From Acidimicrobiales bacterium (GTDB taxonomy: Bacteria > Actinomycetota > Acidimicrobiia > Acidimicrobiales > CADCTF01), in assembly GCA_035540495.1 (NCBI GenBank), contig DATLGL010000014.1:8910-72909 (forward strand): a stretch of 64,000 bases of DNA, written 5' to 3'. The notes beneath the pieces were generated by a model, which saw nothing but the letters and a program-made list of their open reading frames with translations, was not told the origin of the DNA and made no database searches. Both the position numbers and the translations under genes were made by a program. Shown here one piece after another: positions 46,222 through 59,888 of the stretch. The stretch's first letter is position 1; each line of letters opens with the position of its first letter.

Positions 46222-48378
46222 TCAGTGGGGCTTGTGCGTAATCGTGACGGTGCAGACGATCGTCGACTGCTTGGTCTGCAAGCCGTTGGCCGTGTGGGTC
46301 ACGGTCGATGTTCCCGTCGAACCTCCGACAGGCTGCGACCCTGTGCCACCCCCGTTCGTGACGCAGCTGATTGCACCCTGGGTGTGGGTCGTCTGAGGGG
46401 TGAAGATCACCTGGACGTTCGACAACGGGGTGTTGCCGAACGAGACGGAACCCGAGGCGGCGCCTGAGGCATTCACCGTCACGCTCTGGTCGTTGCTCGT
46501 CGTCAGCAACCACCCTGACGGGGACGTCGAGCCGGAGGCACCCCCAACGGTCGCCGCCCCCTCACTGTTGACCCGCTCGTGGACGGTGTAGGAGCCCGGA
46601 GCGACGTTCGCGAACGAGAAGTTGCCATTCGGTGCCGATGTCGTGCTGGCGATCACCGTCGAACCGCTCTTCAACTCGAACACGAAGCCGCCCAAGCCGA
46701 GGTCGCCGTTGTCCTGGTTGGCGTCGCCGTTGATGTCCTCCCACTTCGTGCCGCTGATCGTGCCGAACTGGAAGCTCACGGTGTCATCACGAGCGCAGCC
46801 GGGGTATGCGGTGCCGGAGAAGCTGAAGCTGCGGTTGATGTTCGTGTTCTTCGTGCCGCCGAGCTTGTAGCCCCAGGTGATCGAATCGGTGGGCTTGAAG
46901 ATCGCTCCTGTAGTGCCTTCGTAGATCGACCCGCCGGTCGTGGTGGCGGCCAAGGCCACATCGACGTCGGTCGCGCCCCCACCGAGGTTGTACCAGGCGG
47001 CGACGTTGGACGTGTTGGCCGGCACGCCCGTGACCTGGAACTTCATCGTGCTGAGGCACATGTTGCCGAACGTAACGCTGGCGCTTGAAGTGGACACCTG
47101 AACCAGGCGACGCAACGACGGAGCCCCCGTTGGGGTCGTGACGTAGTGGTTGGTGCCGTCGGTCTCGATCACGGTGTACCAGCCGGGCTGCAACTGGCTC
47201 AGGTCCCCGGGAGAACCGCTTGAGCAGGATAGCGCGCCCGTGGTGTCTGTGGTTCCTGCGCACGCCGTGGTGGCGGCATCCACCTGAGCGTCAGTTGCAG
47301 CCTGGGCATGGGGGCCCTTCACGGTGAACTGCCAGCCGCTCACGTGCGGCCCGGACGTGATGTCGGCGGGTGTGCCGGTCGTGTTCACCACGCCGTTGCC
47401 ATTGACGTCGATGAACTTCGTGACACTGAGTCCGCCGCAGAAGCCGAACTGCTTCGGACCAGTGGTGTCCTTGAGCTGGCTTGTCACGGACTCGGAGGAG
47501 CGGCTTTTCACGGTCACCCAGTTGGCGCACACGCTCGAGAGGCCGGCAGTGCTCGCGAGGTCAACCTGAACTTCGGCAAAGCCGAACGGCAGGATGGTCT
47601 CCGCAGGCTTGCCGCCTGCGTCATAGCTCCCCCAGCTGCCTGCGGGAATGCTCTCAAGGTTCATGGCGGCCTTGACGCCGTTCTTGACGTCGGTCCCGTT
47701 GCCATCGAAGGTCAACGAGATGTCGGCTTTCGCGTAGTTGTACACGGCCTCACAGTCGGCACCGTTGCAGTTGTTGTCCTTCTTCACCGCCTTGTACACG
47801 CTGACCTTGATGCCGCCACCGTTGGTGTCACGGTTGCCCGCCATGTCGTAGGCGATGAGAAGATCGTTGACTCGACGCGCCGGGATGCCGGCCTCGGTCA
47901 TGACCTTGTTGTATTCGAAGTCGAGGTGCAGGTCGCCCGCCTTGGGGAGCCGCTCCATCGCGTTGATCAAGATGGGGCTCGATCCATCGAGGAAGCCATA
48001 CGCGTAAACGTTGGTGATATCGGTCTTCGGTGTCACCTGGCTCGCTTGGATCGGGAGCCAGCCCGATGGGTCCGACTCCTTGGCGCCACCGGGGAACGTG
48101 GTTGCGTCCGTCTTCACGTCGTCACAAATGAGGATCGGATTCGTTCCTCCGGCAGCGCAAGTCCTGCCCGCGAGCACTCCGGCCCCTGAACCGGTTCCCT
48201 TGTCCCAGTCCTCCAGCGATCCGGTGGACTTCACGCGGCCGTCGATAGCGAAGGACGTCGCAGTCGAGGCGAATCCGACGTTCACTATCAGCAGGCCGGT
48301 GATGACCGCCATCACAACAGCAATAGGTGCTCCGACTCGCCTCCGCCACCGCTTCGCCGCCGGGGAATTGATACTCAT
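46222..48378 (-). CDS. Large secreted adhesin-like protein with SdrD/CnaB-like domains
   Basis: RBS GGGAGG; signal peptide; KFIDVNGNG; GTISGTKWEDINGDANQD..FSFANVAPGSYTVHE; Gly/Thr/Ser-rich. Confidence 0.8.
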   Translation of the reverse strand: MSINSPAAKRWRRRVGAPIAVVMAVITGLLIVNVGFASTATSFAIDGRVKSTGSLEDWDKGTGSGAGVLAGRTCAAGGTNPILICDDVKTDATTFPGGAKESDPSGWLPIQASQVTPKTDITNVYAYGFLDGSSPILINAMERLPKAGDLHLDFEYNKVMTEAGIPARRVNDLLIAYDMAGNRDTNGGGIKVSVYKAVKKDNNCNGADCEAVYNYAKADISLTFDGNGTDVKNGVKAAMNLESIPAGSWGSYDAGGKPAETILPFGFAEVQVDLASTAGLSSVCANWVTVKSRSSESVTSQLKDTTGPKQFGFCGGLSVTKFIDVNGNGVVNTTGTPADITSGPHVSGWQFTVKGPHAQAATDAQVDAATTACAGTTDTTGALSCSSGSPGDLSQLQPGWYTVIETDGTNHYVTTPTGAPSLRRLVQVSTSSASVTFGNMCLSTMKFQVTGVPANTSNVAAWYNLGGGATDVDVALAATTTGGSIYEGTTGAIFKPTDSITWGYKLGGTKNTNINRSFSFSGTAYPGCARDDTVSFQFGTISGTKWEDINGDANQDNGDLGLGGFVFELKSGSTVIASTTSAPNGNFSFANVAPGSYTVHERVNSEGAATVGGASGSTSPSGWLLTTSNDQSVTVNASGAASGSVSFGNTPLSNVQVIFTPQTTHTQGAISCVTNGGGTGSQPVGGSTGTSTVTHTANGLQTKQSTIVCTVTITHKPH

Positions 48379-48526
48379 GCGTGCCTCCCGCCCATGGCCC
48401 GCGCCGACCGCGAGTCCACTCCTGCGAGGTCACTGTCGGTGAGGCGGCGGTTGACTCCTATGGCCGGGGCTCGTCATATCGCCGTTGATGACACTCAACA
48501 GCTGAGGGAGCTTCAGCGGCGGGCGG

Positions 48527-49195
48527 CTATTCGTCGTCCAAGAGGGCGAAGGCGGATTCCCGATCGGGCACCTGGAGCTTGCGGAGGATGGCGGCGACGT
48601 GCGTCCGGACGGTTACCGGGGCCATGCCGAGCATGGTGGCGACCTGCGACGTCGACTTCCCGTTCTTCAACAGCTCGAGCACTTCCCACTCACGAGACGT
48701 CAGCACGACGCCGGGGCGCTTCCCAAGCAGCGGCATGCGGCGGCGCGACCGTCCCTGGAACTCGGTGATCACCCGCGCCACCAGCGCACGCGGCAGCGCG
48801 GCCTCGCCGGCCAGCACACCGGTCAACGCCGCCGGCAGACGAGCAGGGTCGGTGTCCTTCAGCAGATACCCCGACGCGCCCGCACGCAGCGCGGCAAACA
48901 AGTGATCGTCGTCAGCAGCCACGGTCAGCATCACGATCGCGACGTCGGGCAGCTGCTCGTGGATGCGCGCTGCGGCAGCGATCCCGCCGCCTGGCATGAA
49001 CACGTCCAACAGAGCGACGTCCGGCTGCCACTGCAACACGGCGTCGACAGCCGCGGCCGCGTCGCCGGCCTCGGCGACGACCTGGAACCCATGACCCACC
49101 AACGAGTCCTTGATGCCGGCGCGCGCCGACGGATGGTCGTCAGCCACGACGACCGTCGCAGCGTCGGCCTTGGCGGGGGCGGCTAGTTCAGTGAT
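48527..49195 (-). CDS. NarL/LuxR family response regulator (start uncertain)
   Basis: VVVADDH, LLDVFMP, GASGYLLKD, LTSREWEVL..TVRTHVAAILRKL. Confidence 0.9.
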   Translation of the reverse strand: MTELAAPAKADAATVVVADDHPSARAGIKDSLVGHGFQVVAEAGDAAAAVDAVLQWQPDVALLDVFMPGGGIAAAARIHEQLPDVAIVMLTVAADDDHLFAALRAGASGYLLKDTDPARLPAALTGVLAGEAALPRALVARVITEFQGRSRRRMPLLGKRPGVVLTSREWEVLELLKNGKSTSQVATMLGMAPVTVRTHVAAILRKLQVPDRESAFALLDDE

Positions 49196-50499
49196 GGCAC
49201 TCTCACTTCCACCGACGTCCCCCCGCCAGGAGACGACGTCACCGAGAGCGAACCGCCCACGGCGGCCGCCCGTTCCTTCATCGACGTCAGCCCGACCCGA
49301 CCGTTGCTCACGGGCGCCGACGTCTTGAAGCCACATCCGTCGTCGGACACCCGCAGGCGAAGCTCGCCGTCGGACTGCACCTTCAGATCGACAGTGATCA
49401 CCTCTGCTTGACCATGTCGGGCTGCATTGGCCACCGCCTCACGGACAATCCGGACAAGTGCCTCCCGCACCGCCCCCGGCACCCGCACGTCGTCGTCGAC
49501 GTCGAACGAGATCTCCGCACCTTCACGCGCGGCCACGTCTTCGGCCGTCGCCACGACCGCCTCGTCGAGCGGCTGGTCCATCGGCGAGATCAGCGCGTGA
49601 ATCGCGCGACGGGACTCGTCGAGCGCCCGCTCCGCCGCCCGCGAGATCCGGTACCAGGTGATCGCGTCGGGCGGACCGGCCGCGCCCGCGCGGCGCGTCT
49701 CCGTCGCGATGAACGACAGCTCCTGCGCCATGCCGTCGTGGAGCTCCCTAGCGAGGCGGCGACGCTCCTCGAGCACGCCGACACCTCGCCAGTAGCTGCG
49801 GATCTCGAGCACCGCTCCCACGACGAGGAACAGCGCGAACACCAACCGCCCGAGGTCGGCGGGGTGGATGACGTCGTCCCCCGCCGGCGACGTCATCGCG
49901 TACAACAGCCGTGATCCAGCCGCGACCACGCAGCCCGCGCCGAGCCAGAGCTGCAACGCGTCGCCGTCCCGCTCCCCCTTCGACGTGAACGCGAAGGCGC
50001 CCGTACCGAAGCCCGTCGCCGTGAGCAGGAGGATCATCGTGCGCGAGCTCCCCGAAGCGACCTCTTCACCGATGGCGACGAAGCCGCCGACCGCCAGCGC
50101 GGGCGCGACGAGGCCGGCGAGCACCGCGGTCGTCCGGCTGACCTGGCGCCAGCCCACCCCGCGCTCCTGCGCGCCCGCGGCGACCAGCACCGCGAGCGAC
50201 CCGAGCGCGCTCGACACGAGCTTCACCCGCTGGGGCGGGTCGACGTACGCCGCGAGCAGGTTGCCGACCGCGAGCGCGAAGAACGCCCACACGAGCGCGA
50301 TGTCGGCCAGCAGCGCGGATCGACGGAACCGCCCGAGTACCAGCAACGCGGCGAGCATCGACGCCGCGGCCGACAGGGTGTCGAGCACCAGCAACCCGCT
50401 CGACGCACCCTTGAAGACGGGCACGCCGGCAAGGGCGACGGCAGCGATGGCAGCAGCCGTCACGCCCGTCACCGTCAGCGTGAAGTTGCGTGTCCGCAT
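49183..50499 (-). CDS. Multi-TM sensor histidine kinase (HisKA_3 type)
   Basis: EERRRLARELHDGMAQEL, EAVANAARH, DDGCGF, GLTSMKERA, PGGGT. Confidence 0.9.
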   Translation of the reverse strand: MRTRNFTLTVTGVTAAAIAAVALAGVPVFKGASSGLLVLDTLSAAASMLAALLVLGRFRRSALLADIALVWAFFALAVGNLLAAYVDPPQRVKLVSSALGSLAVLVAAGAQERGVGWRQVSRTTAVLAGLVAPALAVGGFVAIGEEVASGSSRTMILLLTATGFGTGAFAFTSKGERDGDALQLWLGAGCVVAAGSRLLYAMTSPAGDDVIHPADLGRLVFALFLVVGAVLEIRSYWRGVGVLEERRRLARELHDGMAQELSFIATETRRAGAAGPPDAITWYRISRAAERALDESRRAIHALISPMDQPLDEAVVATAEDVAAREGAEISFDVDDDVRVPGAVREALVRIVREAVANAARHGQAEVITVDLKVQSDGELRLRVSDDGCGFKTSAPVSNGRVGLTSMKERAAAVGGSLSVTSSPGGGTSVEVRVPSLN

Positions 50500-51333
50500 G
50501 CCGTTCCCCAACGCCCAGAACGCGAAAGAGGCGCCCACCCCGCCGATGGACGCCCCGATCGTTGGATTCGCCGAACTGACGAGTTCCGCCGAGTCGCAGT
50601 GTCGTCCCCGACATTGAAGGAATACTGGGGATCTACTGAAGTTCCGCTGAAGGCCGCCGAATGAACAACGAGAAGCCGTGACCGAGAACGCCCGCATCCT
50701 CGTGGTCGACGACGACCCCGCCCTGCGCGACCTCCTCCGCGCCGCGCTCGAGCGCGAGGGGTGGAAGATCGAAGCCGTCGCCGACGCCAGCGAAGCCGAG
50801 AGCGCGCTCGACCGCTTCGAACCCGACCTCGCGATCCTCGACGTACGCCTCGGGTCCGGCGCCGACGGCTTCACGCTGGCCAAACGGGTCCGCCAGCGCA
50901 GCGACCTGCCGTTCATCTTCCTCACCGACGAGAACTCCGTGGAGGCGCGCCTCGCCGGCTTCGAGACGGGCGCCGACGACTACCTCCCGAAGCCGTTCGT
51001 GCTCGCCGAGCTCGTCGCCCGCGTGCGCGCGCTGCTCCGACGGGCCGGTCGATCCACCACGACGCTTCTGGAAGTGGGCCCGCTGCGCATCGACGAGTCC
51101 GGCCGCCGGGCGATGATCGGCGACAACCTCCTCGAGCTCACCCGCATCGAGTTCGAGCTCCTCACGGTGCTGGCGAAGCAGTCGGGGCGGGTCGCCTCGA
51201 AGGCGTCGTTGCTCACCCAGGTCTGGGGGTTCGACGGCTACGACCAGAACCTCGTCGAGGTCCACGTCAGCAGCCTCCGGCGCAAGCTCGGCGCTCCCGG
51301 CAAGGCGCTGATCCAGACCGTGCGGGGCGTTGG

Positions 51334-55113
<3,780 letters not shown>

Positions 55114-55137
55114 GGGTGCGGATCGTGCAGGAGCAGC

Positions 55138-55175
55138 ATTTCCCGTCCGTCACCCCGATGTTTCGAGCTTGTTAA
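55138..55175 (-). promoter_or_regulatory. Tandem GlnR boxes upstream of amt-glnK-glnD
   Basis: Minus strand TTAAC-n6-GAAAC-n6-GTGAC-n6-GAAAT matches two copies of gTnAc-n6-GaAAc. Confidence 0.8.
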
Positions 55176-56533
55176 AGGCTTTCCGCCAGCTTTCGTGACG
55201 CGATGAGCACCGGGTCCCACACGGGGCTGAACGGCGGCGCGTAGCTGAGGTCGAGCGCCGTCATCTCCTCGACCGTGAAGTCGGCGGTGATCGCGGTGGC
55301 CACGACATCGATGCGCTTGGCGGCACCTTCCTGTCCGAGGATCTGCGCGCCGAGCACGCGTCCGCTGCGCTTCTCGGCGAGCATCTTCACCTTGATCGGC
55401 GCGGCGCCGGGGAAGTAGCCGGCCCGGGTCGTGCTCTCGATGGTCACGCTCTTGAACTCGAAGCCGGCCGCCCGCGCTTCCTTCTCGTTGACGCCGGTGC
55501 GGGCGCACTCGAGCTTGCACAGCTTCGTCACCGCGGTGCCGATGACGCCTGGGAACGTCGCGTAGCCGCCGCCGATGTTGGTGCCGGCGGTGCGTCCCAT
55601 CTTGTTGGCGACCGTGCCGAGCGCGACGTACACCTGCTCGCCGGTGAGGCGATGGAAGGCGAGGCAGCAGTCGCCGGCGCTGTAGACGTCCGGCGCGCTC
55701 GTCAACTGGCGACGATCCACGATGATCCCGTCGCGCTCCCCCACCTCGATGCCAGCGTCGACGGCGAGCTTCGAGTTCGGGCCGACGCCAAGGCCGAGGA
55801 CGACGAGGTCGGCATCCAGGGTGCCGTTGTTCGTGTGGACCTTCCCCTTCTCGAACCCGGTGGCGGACGTGCCCGTGTGCAGGTCGACGCCCTCCGCTCG
55901 CATGGCATCGGCGATGAGTGCGCCCATGTCGGGGTCGAACATCCCGAGGGGCTGCGCGGTGCGGGTGATGACGGTGGTGTGCGCGCCGCGCTTGACGAAC
56001 GCTTCGGCCATCTCCAAGCCGATGTACCCGCCGCCGACGACGACGACCTTGCACCCGTCGCCCAGGTGCTCCGCGTGGTGGAGCAGGTCGGCCGCGTCCT
56101 CCAGCGTTTGCACGCCGTGGATGGCACCGCTGTCGATCCCCTCGAGCTTCGGCCGTGTCGGCGTCGCTCCGGTCGCGATGTGGAGGACGTCGTAGCCGAG
56201 GCTGTACGTCCGCCCCCCGTGCTCGTGGTCGCGCACCTCGACCTTCTTCGCGTCGACGTCGATGCTCACGGCCTCGTGCAACGTGCGGGCGTCGATGTTG
56301 TGCTGCGTGCGAAACGTCTGCGGATCACGGGCAACGAGGTCTTCGAGCGTCGCCACGTCGCCGCCGACGAGGTACGGGATCCCGCAGGCGCTGTAGCTCG
56401 TCCACCGACCCTTCTCCAGGGCCACGATCTCGAGGTCGGGATCGAGCCGCCTCGCCTGCGACGCCGCGCTCATCCCGGCGGCGTCGCCGCCGATGACCAC
56501 CAACCGCCGCCGCCCACGAGAGCCCTCAGCCAT
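55172..56533 (-). CDS. FAD-dependent NADH oxidase / CoA-disulfide reductase family protein
   Basis: VIGGDAAGMSAA, SYSACG, GGGYIG, YSAGDC, YAPPFS. Confidence 0.9.
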   Translation of the reverse strand: MAEGSRGRRRLVVIGGDAAGMSAASQARRLDPDLEIVALEKGRWTSYSACGIPYLVGGDVATLEDLVARDPQTFRTQHNIDARTLHEAVSIDVDAKKVEVRDHEHGGRTYSLGYDVLHIATGATPTRPKLEGIDSGAIHGVQTLEDAADLLHHAEHLGDGCKVVVVGGGYIGLEMAEAFVKRGAHTTVITRTAQPLGMFDPDMGALIADAMRAEGVDLHTGTSATGFEKGKVHTNNGTLDADLVVLGLGVGPNSKLAVDAGIEVGERDGIIVDRRQLTSAPDVYSAGDCCLAFHRLTGEQVYVALGTVANKMGRTAGTNIGGGYATFPGVIGTAVTKLCKLECARTGVNEKEARAAGFEFKSVTIESTTRAGYFPGAAPIKVKMLAEKRSGRVLGAQILGQEGAAKRIDVVATAITADFTVEEMTALDLSYAPPFSPVWDPVLIASRKLAESL

Positions 56534-56554
56534 AGGGCGTCACTCTTGCGCGTG

Positions 56555-57502
56555 TCAAGCGTCATGGTGACGCCTCCCGCTGCAAAGAAGCGCTGCGACC
56601 TGGTCGACGACGTGTCGCTTCCGCTTCGTGACCTGATCCCACGTGAACTGCAGAACAGCGACCCGCTGCAGCTGCATCTCGTTGCTTCGCTCAGCATCCG
56701 CGGTCAGCGCCTCTCGCGAGGAGTGCCACTTGAAGCCCAGCAGCTCGATCACCCCGTCGACGCCGTCGTACGCATAGTCGGCGTAGGCGAACCGGCCGTC
56801 GGATCGCCGCACGATGCGCTGGCGGGTCGGAAGTGGAAGCCCCGCCCGTCGGAGGAGTTGGAAGAACCTCGTCTCGAGCTCGCTGTGATTGACCTGTCCG
56901 TCGTCGAGGAGCAGACGGGTGAGACGGCGGGCCCGCACGATGCCGCGGTTCCCAGAGCCGCTGCGCGCCGCGACCATCCCGCGAACCGCGTCGTGCGACG
57001 TCTCGCCCCGCCGCTGCGCGCACTCGAACACCTTCTCGAGCACCTCGAACGACGTTCCGCGATCGGCCGCCATGTCGACCACGATCCGGGTGCCGATCGC
57101 CGTCGGGATCCCGTCCACCCACGACCAGTCGTCGTCGGCAGCGGTTGTCACGTGGTGGAGCACGACTCCGCGACGCTTCGTCTGCCCTCGGCGGGACGTC
57201 GTGAACTCGAGCGACGCGCTCGAGACGCCGTCGTACTTGCGGAGCATCGCGGCGAGGCCGTGGCTGGCGAACGCTTCACCGCCCAGTTGGAGCCATGCGA
57301 GCATCGCCCGCTGTTGCAGGGTCGAAGGCCACCCGGCGAGCTGGTACACGCCGGGCGACACCTTGACCCATCGGTTGTGCCTGACCCGGTACCGGATCTG
57401 TTGATCGCGGAAACCGAGCGCCAGAGCCTGACGTTGCGTGAAGACGCCATGTCGAGCTCGTGCGAACTCGAAGAGCCGGCCGTCGAGCCAGTCGTCGCCC
57501 AT
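56555..57502 (-). CDS. AbiEi-like N-terminal domain + DUF559-like nuclease-fold protein
   Basis: HGVFTQRQA..GF..WVKVSPGVY; ASHGLAA; SELETRF..LRRAGLP; DYAY..IELLG..D..R. Confidence 0.8.
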   Translation of the reverse strand: MGDDWLDGRLFEFARARHGVFTQRQALALGFRDQQIRYRVRHNRWVKVSPGVYQLAGWPSTLQQRAMLAWLQLGGEAFASHGLAAMLRKYDGVSSASLEFTTSRRGQTKRRGVVLHHVTTAADDDWSWVDGIPTAIGTRIVVDMAADRGTSFEVLEKVFECAQRRGETSHDAVRGMVAARSGSGNRGIVRARRLTRLLLDDGQVNHSELETRFFQLLRRAGLPLPTRQRIVRRSDGRFAYADYAYDGVDGVIELLGFKWHSSREALTADAERSNEMQLQRVAVLQFTWDQVTKRKRHVVDQVAALLCSGRRHHDA

Positions 57503-57590
57503 CAATCCTCCATCGGTGGAGTGACGTCGGGCGGCGGACAGCCGCAAGCAGGTTCCCGTCAGATTCGCGTACGACTGCTCTTTTCAGCAA

Positions 57591-57611
57591 GAGGCGTCTT
57601 CATGACGCCTC
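57591..57611 (-). terminator. Putative terminator hairpin
   Basis: GAGGCGTC-n5-GACGCCTC at the stop of the upstream gene. Confidence 0.5.
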
Positions 57612-57930
57612 AGCCGCGCAAGAGTTCGCTGAGCGAGCCGAAGAACTTCGACCGCGGGAGGACGTCGACATCCGCGGGCAGTGTCGGCGACAGGCGCGGG
57701 ATGTCGACGTGGCTGGCGTAGGCGAGGACGCGGGCGGAACCCGCGGCGATGTCCGCGAGGACGTCGACGGCGCCCTTCTTCGACAGGTCGACGATGACGG
57801 CGTCGACGCCGGCCAGCCCGACGAGCGCCTCGGGCGTGCCGGCATAGGTCAGCTCGTGCGACGCGGCCGACGCTGCGGCCGAGATCTTCGACCGGTCCAT
57901 GAGATCTGGGGTGTAGGCGACGATCCTCAC
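57610..57930 (-). CDS. Hypothetical protein, degenerate receiver-like fold
   Basis: IVAYTPDLMDRSKI, VIVDL, AYASHVD, VLPRSKFF; GTGA overlap. Confidence 0.65.
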   Translation of the reverse strand: MRIVAYTPDLMDRSKISAAASAASHELTYAGTPEALVGLAGVDAVIVDLSKKGAVDVLADIAAGSARVLAYASHVDIPRLSPTLPADVDVLPRSKFFGSLSELLRG

Positions 57931-58322
57931 GAGTGGCGAGTCTTGTGCACGAACGCCTTCGCGGCGCCCCATCCGATGCCGGGACCGGTGAGCGACTCGT
58001 CGATGTCCGCCCATGACGAGGGCGTCAGCCCGTAGACGTCGGCGGGAAATCGGGAGCGGGCGAACTCGTCACGATCGCTCGCGGCCAGCGGCGGCACGCC
58101 TGCGGCCGCGAGCGCCGCCGTCAGCCGGGGAACGACGAGGTCACGCAGCAGCGCCAGCGGCGTCGTGGTCTGTTCGTCGATGTCGGCCGCGAGCAGAGAC
58201 CGCACCCGAGGCATGACGTCGGCGACGATCGGGGCAGGATCGACGCCTGGTGCGACACGACCGATCCACCTCGGCAACGCCACCTCGATCGCATCGGCGA
58301 GTGCGGTGGCATGCTCCAGCAC
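57927..58322 (-). CDS. Hypothetical protein
   Basis: DIDEQTTTPL, RDEF..FPADVYGLTP..WGAAKA; coupled to the downstream gene. Confidence 0.65.
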   Translation of the reverse strand: MLEHATALADAIEVALPRWIGRVAPGVDPAPIVADVMPRVRSLLAADIDEQTTTPLALLRDLVVPRLTAALAAAGVPPLAASDRDEFARSRFPADVYGLTPSSWADIDESLTGPGIGWGAAKAFVHKTRHS

Positions 58323-58326
58323 GACG

Positions 58327-58608
58327 ATGAGGATACGGGCGCTGTCGGTCTTCGAGGGGATCGTCTACCACTGCGTGTGCGTCGACGATTCGCGTCCGTG
58401 CCGGCCGACGCTCGAGGTCGACGCCCGCACGCAGGAAGGCGACCTCGACATGGGTCCGCTCATGGTGACGGTCGCCGACTACGCCCGAATGGTCGGCAGC
58501 CGCGAGCAGGCGAAGCAGTGCCTCAGCGTGCTCAAGGAGCAGGGCCGGCTGAAGGAGCACATGGGTGTGCTCCATGTCACCTTCCCCACGTGGACCACGC
58601 CGTCGTAG
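58327..58608 (+). CDS. Hypothetical protein
   Basis: Compact ORF with host-like codon usage. Confidence 0.55.
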   Translation: MRIRALSVFEGIVYHCVCVDDSRPCRPTLEVDARTQEGDLDMGPLMVTVADYARMVGSREQAKQCLSVLKEQGRLKEHMGVLHVTFPTWTTPS

Positions 58609-58618
58609 CCTGCAGGGG

Positions 58619-58852
58619 ATGGGGGCTCGTAGGGCTGCGCAGCAGGCGTTCCAGGTTCACGCGGCGGTGTGGTTCGCCGTCAACGCCTTCCTCTTCATGA
58701 TCTGGCTGCTGAGCGGCGCAGGGCACCCGTGGTTCCTGTATCCCGCCGGCGGGTGGGGCATCGGCCTCGCGGCCCACGCGGTGGTCGCCTTCAACGGCGG
58801 CCCGGACGACGACGAGCTCGAGCCCGGAGCCACCTACCGCGAGCTCCGTTAG
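58619..58852 (+). CDS. 2TM domain protein
   Basis: FQVHAAVWFAVNAFLFMIW..PWFLYPAGGWGIGLAAH. Confidence 0.8.
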   Translation: MGARRAAQQAFQVHAAVWFAVNAFLFMIWLLSGAGHPWFLYPAGGWGIGLAAHAVVAFNGGPDDDELEPGATYRELR

Positions 58853-59094
58853 CTCTCGAGCAGGTCGCCCAGCCGGTCGACCTCGACCCCGAGGTCCTGC
58901 AGCCACTGGATGGCCTTCTCGATGTGGTCGTCCTCGCCGCCGAGTTCGCACACGACCCAGCCGACGTGCTCCTCGATCTTGGCTTGGCGGATGTTCGGCA
59001 TGACGTCGAACTCACGCACGAGGCGGGCGATCACCGGCTGCTTGATCAGGTGCTCCGGGAACGTGAGCTTGATGCGGGCCTGGTTGACGTTCAT
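58849..59094 (-). CDS. Stand-alone NIL domain protein
   Basis: IKLTFPEHLIKQPVI..FDVMPNIRQA..GWVVCELGG..AIQWL..GVEV. Confidence 0.8.
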   Translation of the reverse strand: MNVNQARIKLTFPEHLIKQPVIARLVREFDVMPNIRQAKIEEHVGWVVCELGGEDDHIEKAIQWLQDLGVEVDRLGDLLES

Positions 59095-59888
59095 GCGAGG
59101 GTCCCATTCAGGTTGCCCGACCGGAAGCCTTCCAGGTCGAGGGTGACGTATCGATACCCGGCCGCCTTCACCGCGGCCACGACTTCCTGCCGGCGCTCCA
59201 CCGCCGTCGCGAGCTCGTCGCCGTCGAGCTCCACTCGGGCCGTGTCGCCGTAGTGGCGGACGCGCAGCTGGCGGAAGCCCAACCGGCGCAGGCCTGACTC
59301 GGCCCGGGCGACACCGCTCAGCAGCTCGACCGACACGGGCGTGCCGTACGGGATGCGGCTGGCGAGGCATGCGGCGGCCGGCTTGTCCCACGTTCGCAGT
59401 CCCAGCCCTCTCGACCACGCCCGTACGTCCGCCTTGGTGAAGCCGGCGTCGACGAGGGGGAACCGCGCACCCCGCTGGGCCGCCGCGAGCTGACCCGGCC
59501 GGTGGTCGCCGAGGTCGTCGACGTTGACGCCGAGGACGACGACGGCCTCCTCACGCGAGGCGACGGGCGAGGCGACGTCCATCAGCGCGGTCTTGCAGTG
59601 GAAGCAGCGGTCGCCGTCGTTGGCGACGTACATCGCATCTTCGAGCTCGTTGGTGACGACGGGTTCCCATCGAAGCCCCCACTCCCGGGCCAGCGCCTCG
59701 CAGTCGTCGCGCTCCTCGGGCGCGAGCGACGGCGAGACCGCCGTGAGCGCGAGGCACCCGTCCGCGCCCAACGTGTCGTGCGCGACCCACGCGAGAAAGG
59801 CGCTGTCGGCGCCGCCCGAGAACGCGACCACCACCCGATCGAGCGACCGGAGGACGTCGCGCAGCCGGTCGAGATCAGCCATCGGCAT
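59091..59888 (-). CDS. larE: LarE-family ATP-dependent sulfur transferase
   Basis: VVAFSGGADS PP-loop, RCFHCK, DDLGDHRPG, WDKPAAACLASRIPYG, RVRHYG, GFRSG. Confidence 0.92.
   Translation of the reverse strand: MPMADLDRLRDVLRSLDRVVVAFSGGADSAFLAWVAHDTLGADGCLALTAVSPSLAPEERDDCEALAREWGLRWEPVVTNELEDAMYVANDGDRCFHCKTALMDVASPVASREEAVVVLGVNVDDLGDHRPGQLAAAQRGARFPLVDAGFTKADVRAWSRGLGLRTWDKPAAACLASRIPYGTPVSVELLSGVARAESGLRRLGFRQLRVRHYGDTARVELDGDELATAVERRQEVVAAVKAAGYRYVTLDLEGFRSGNLNGTLA

Noticed and set aside
56555-57502. Complete type IV toxin-antitoxin/Abi system
   Set aside because: No adjacent AbiEii nucleotidyltransferase; solo AbiEi-DUF559 genes are common in actinobacteria
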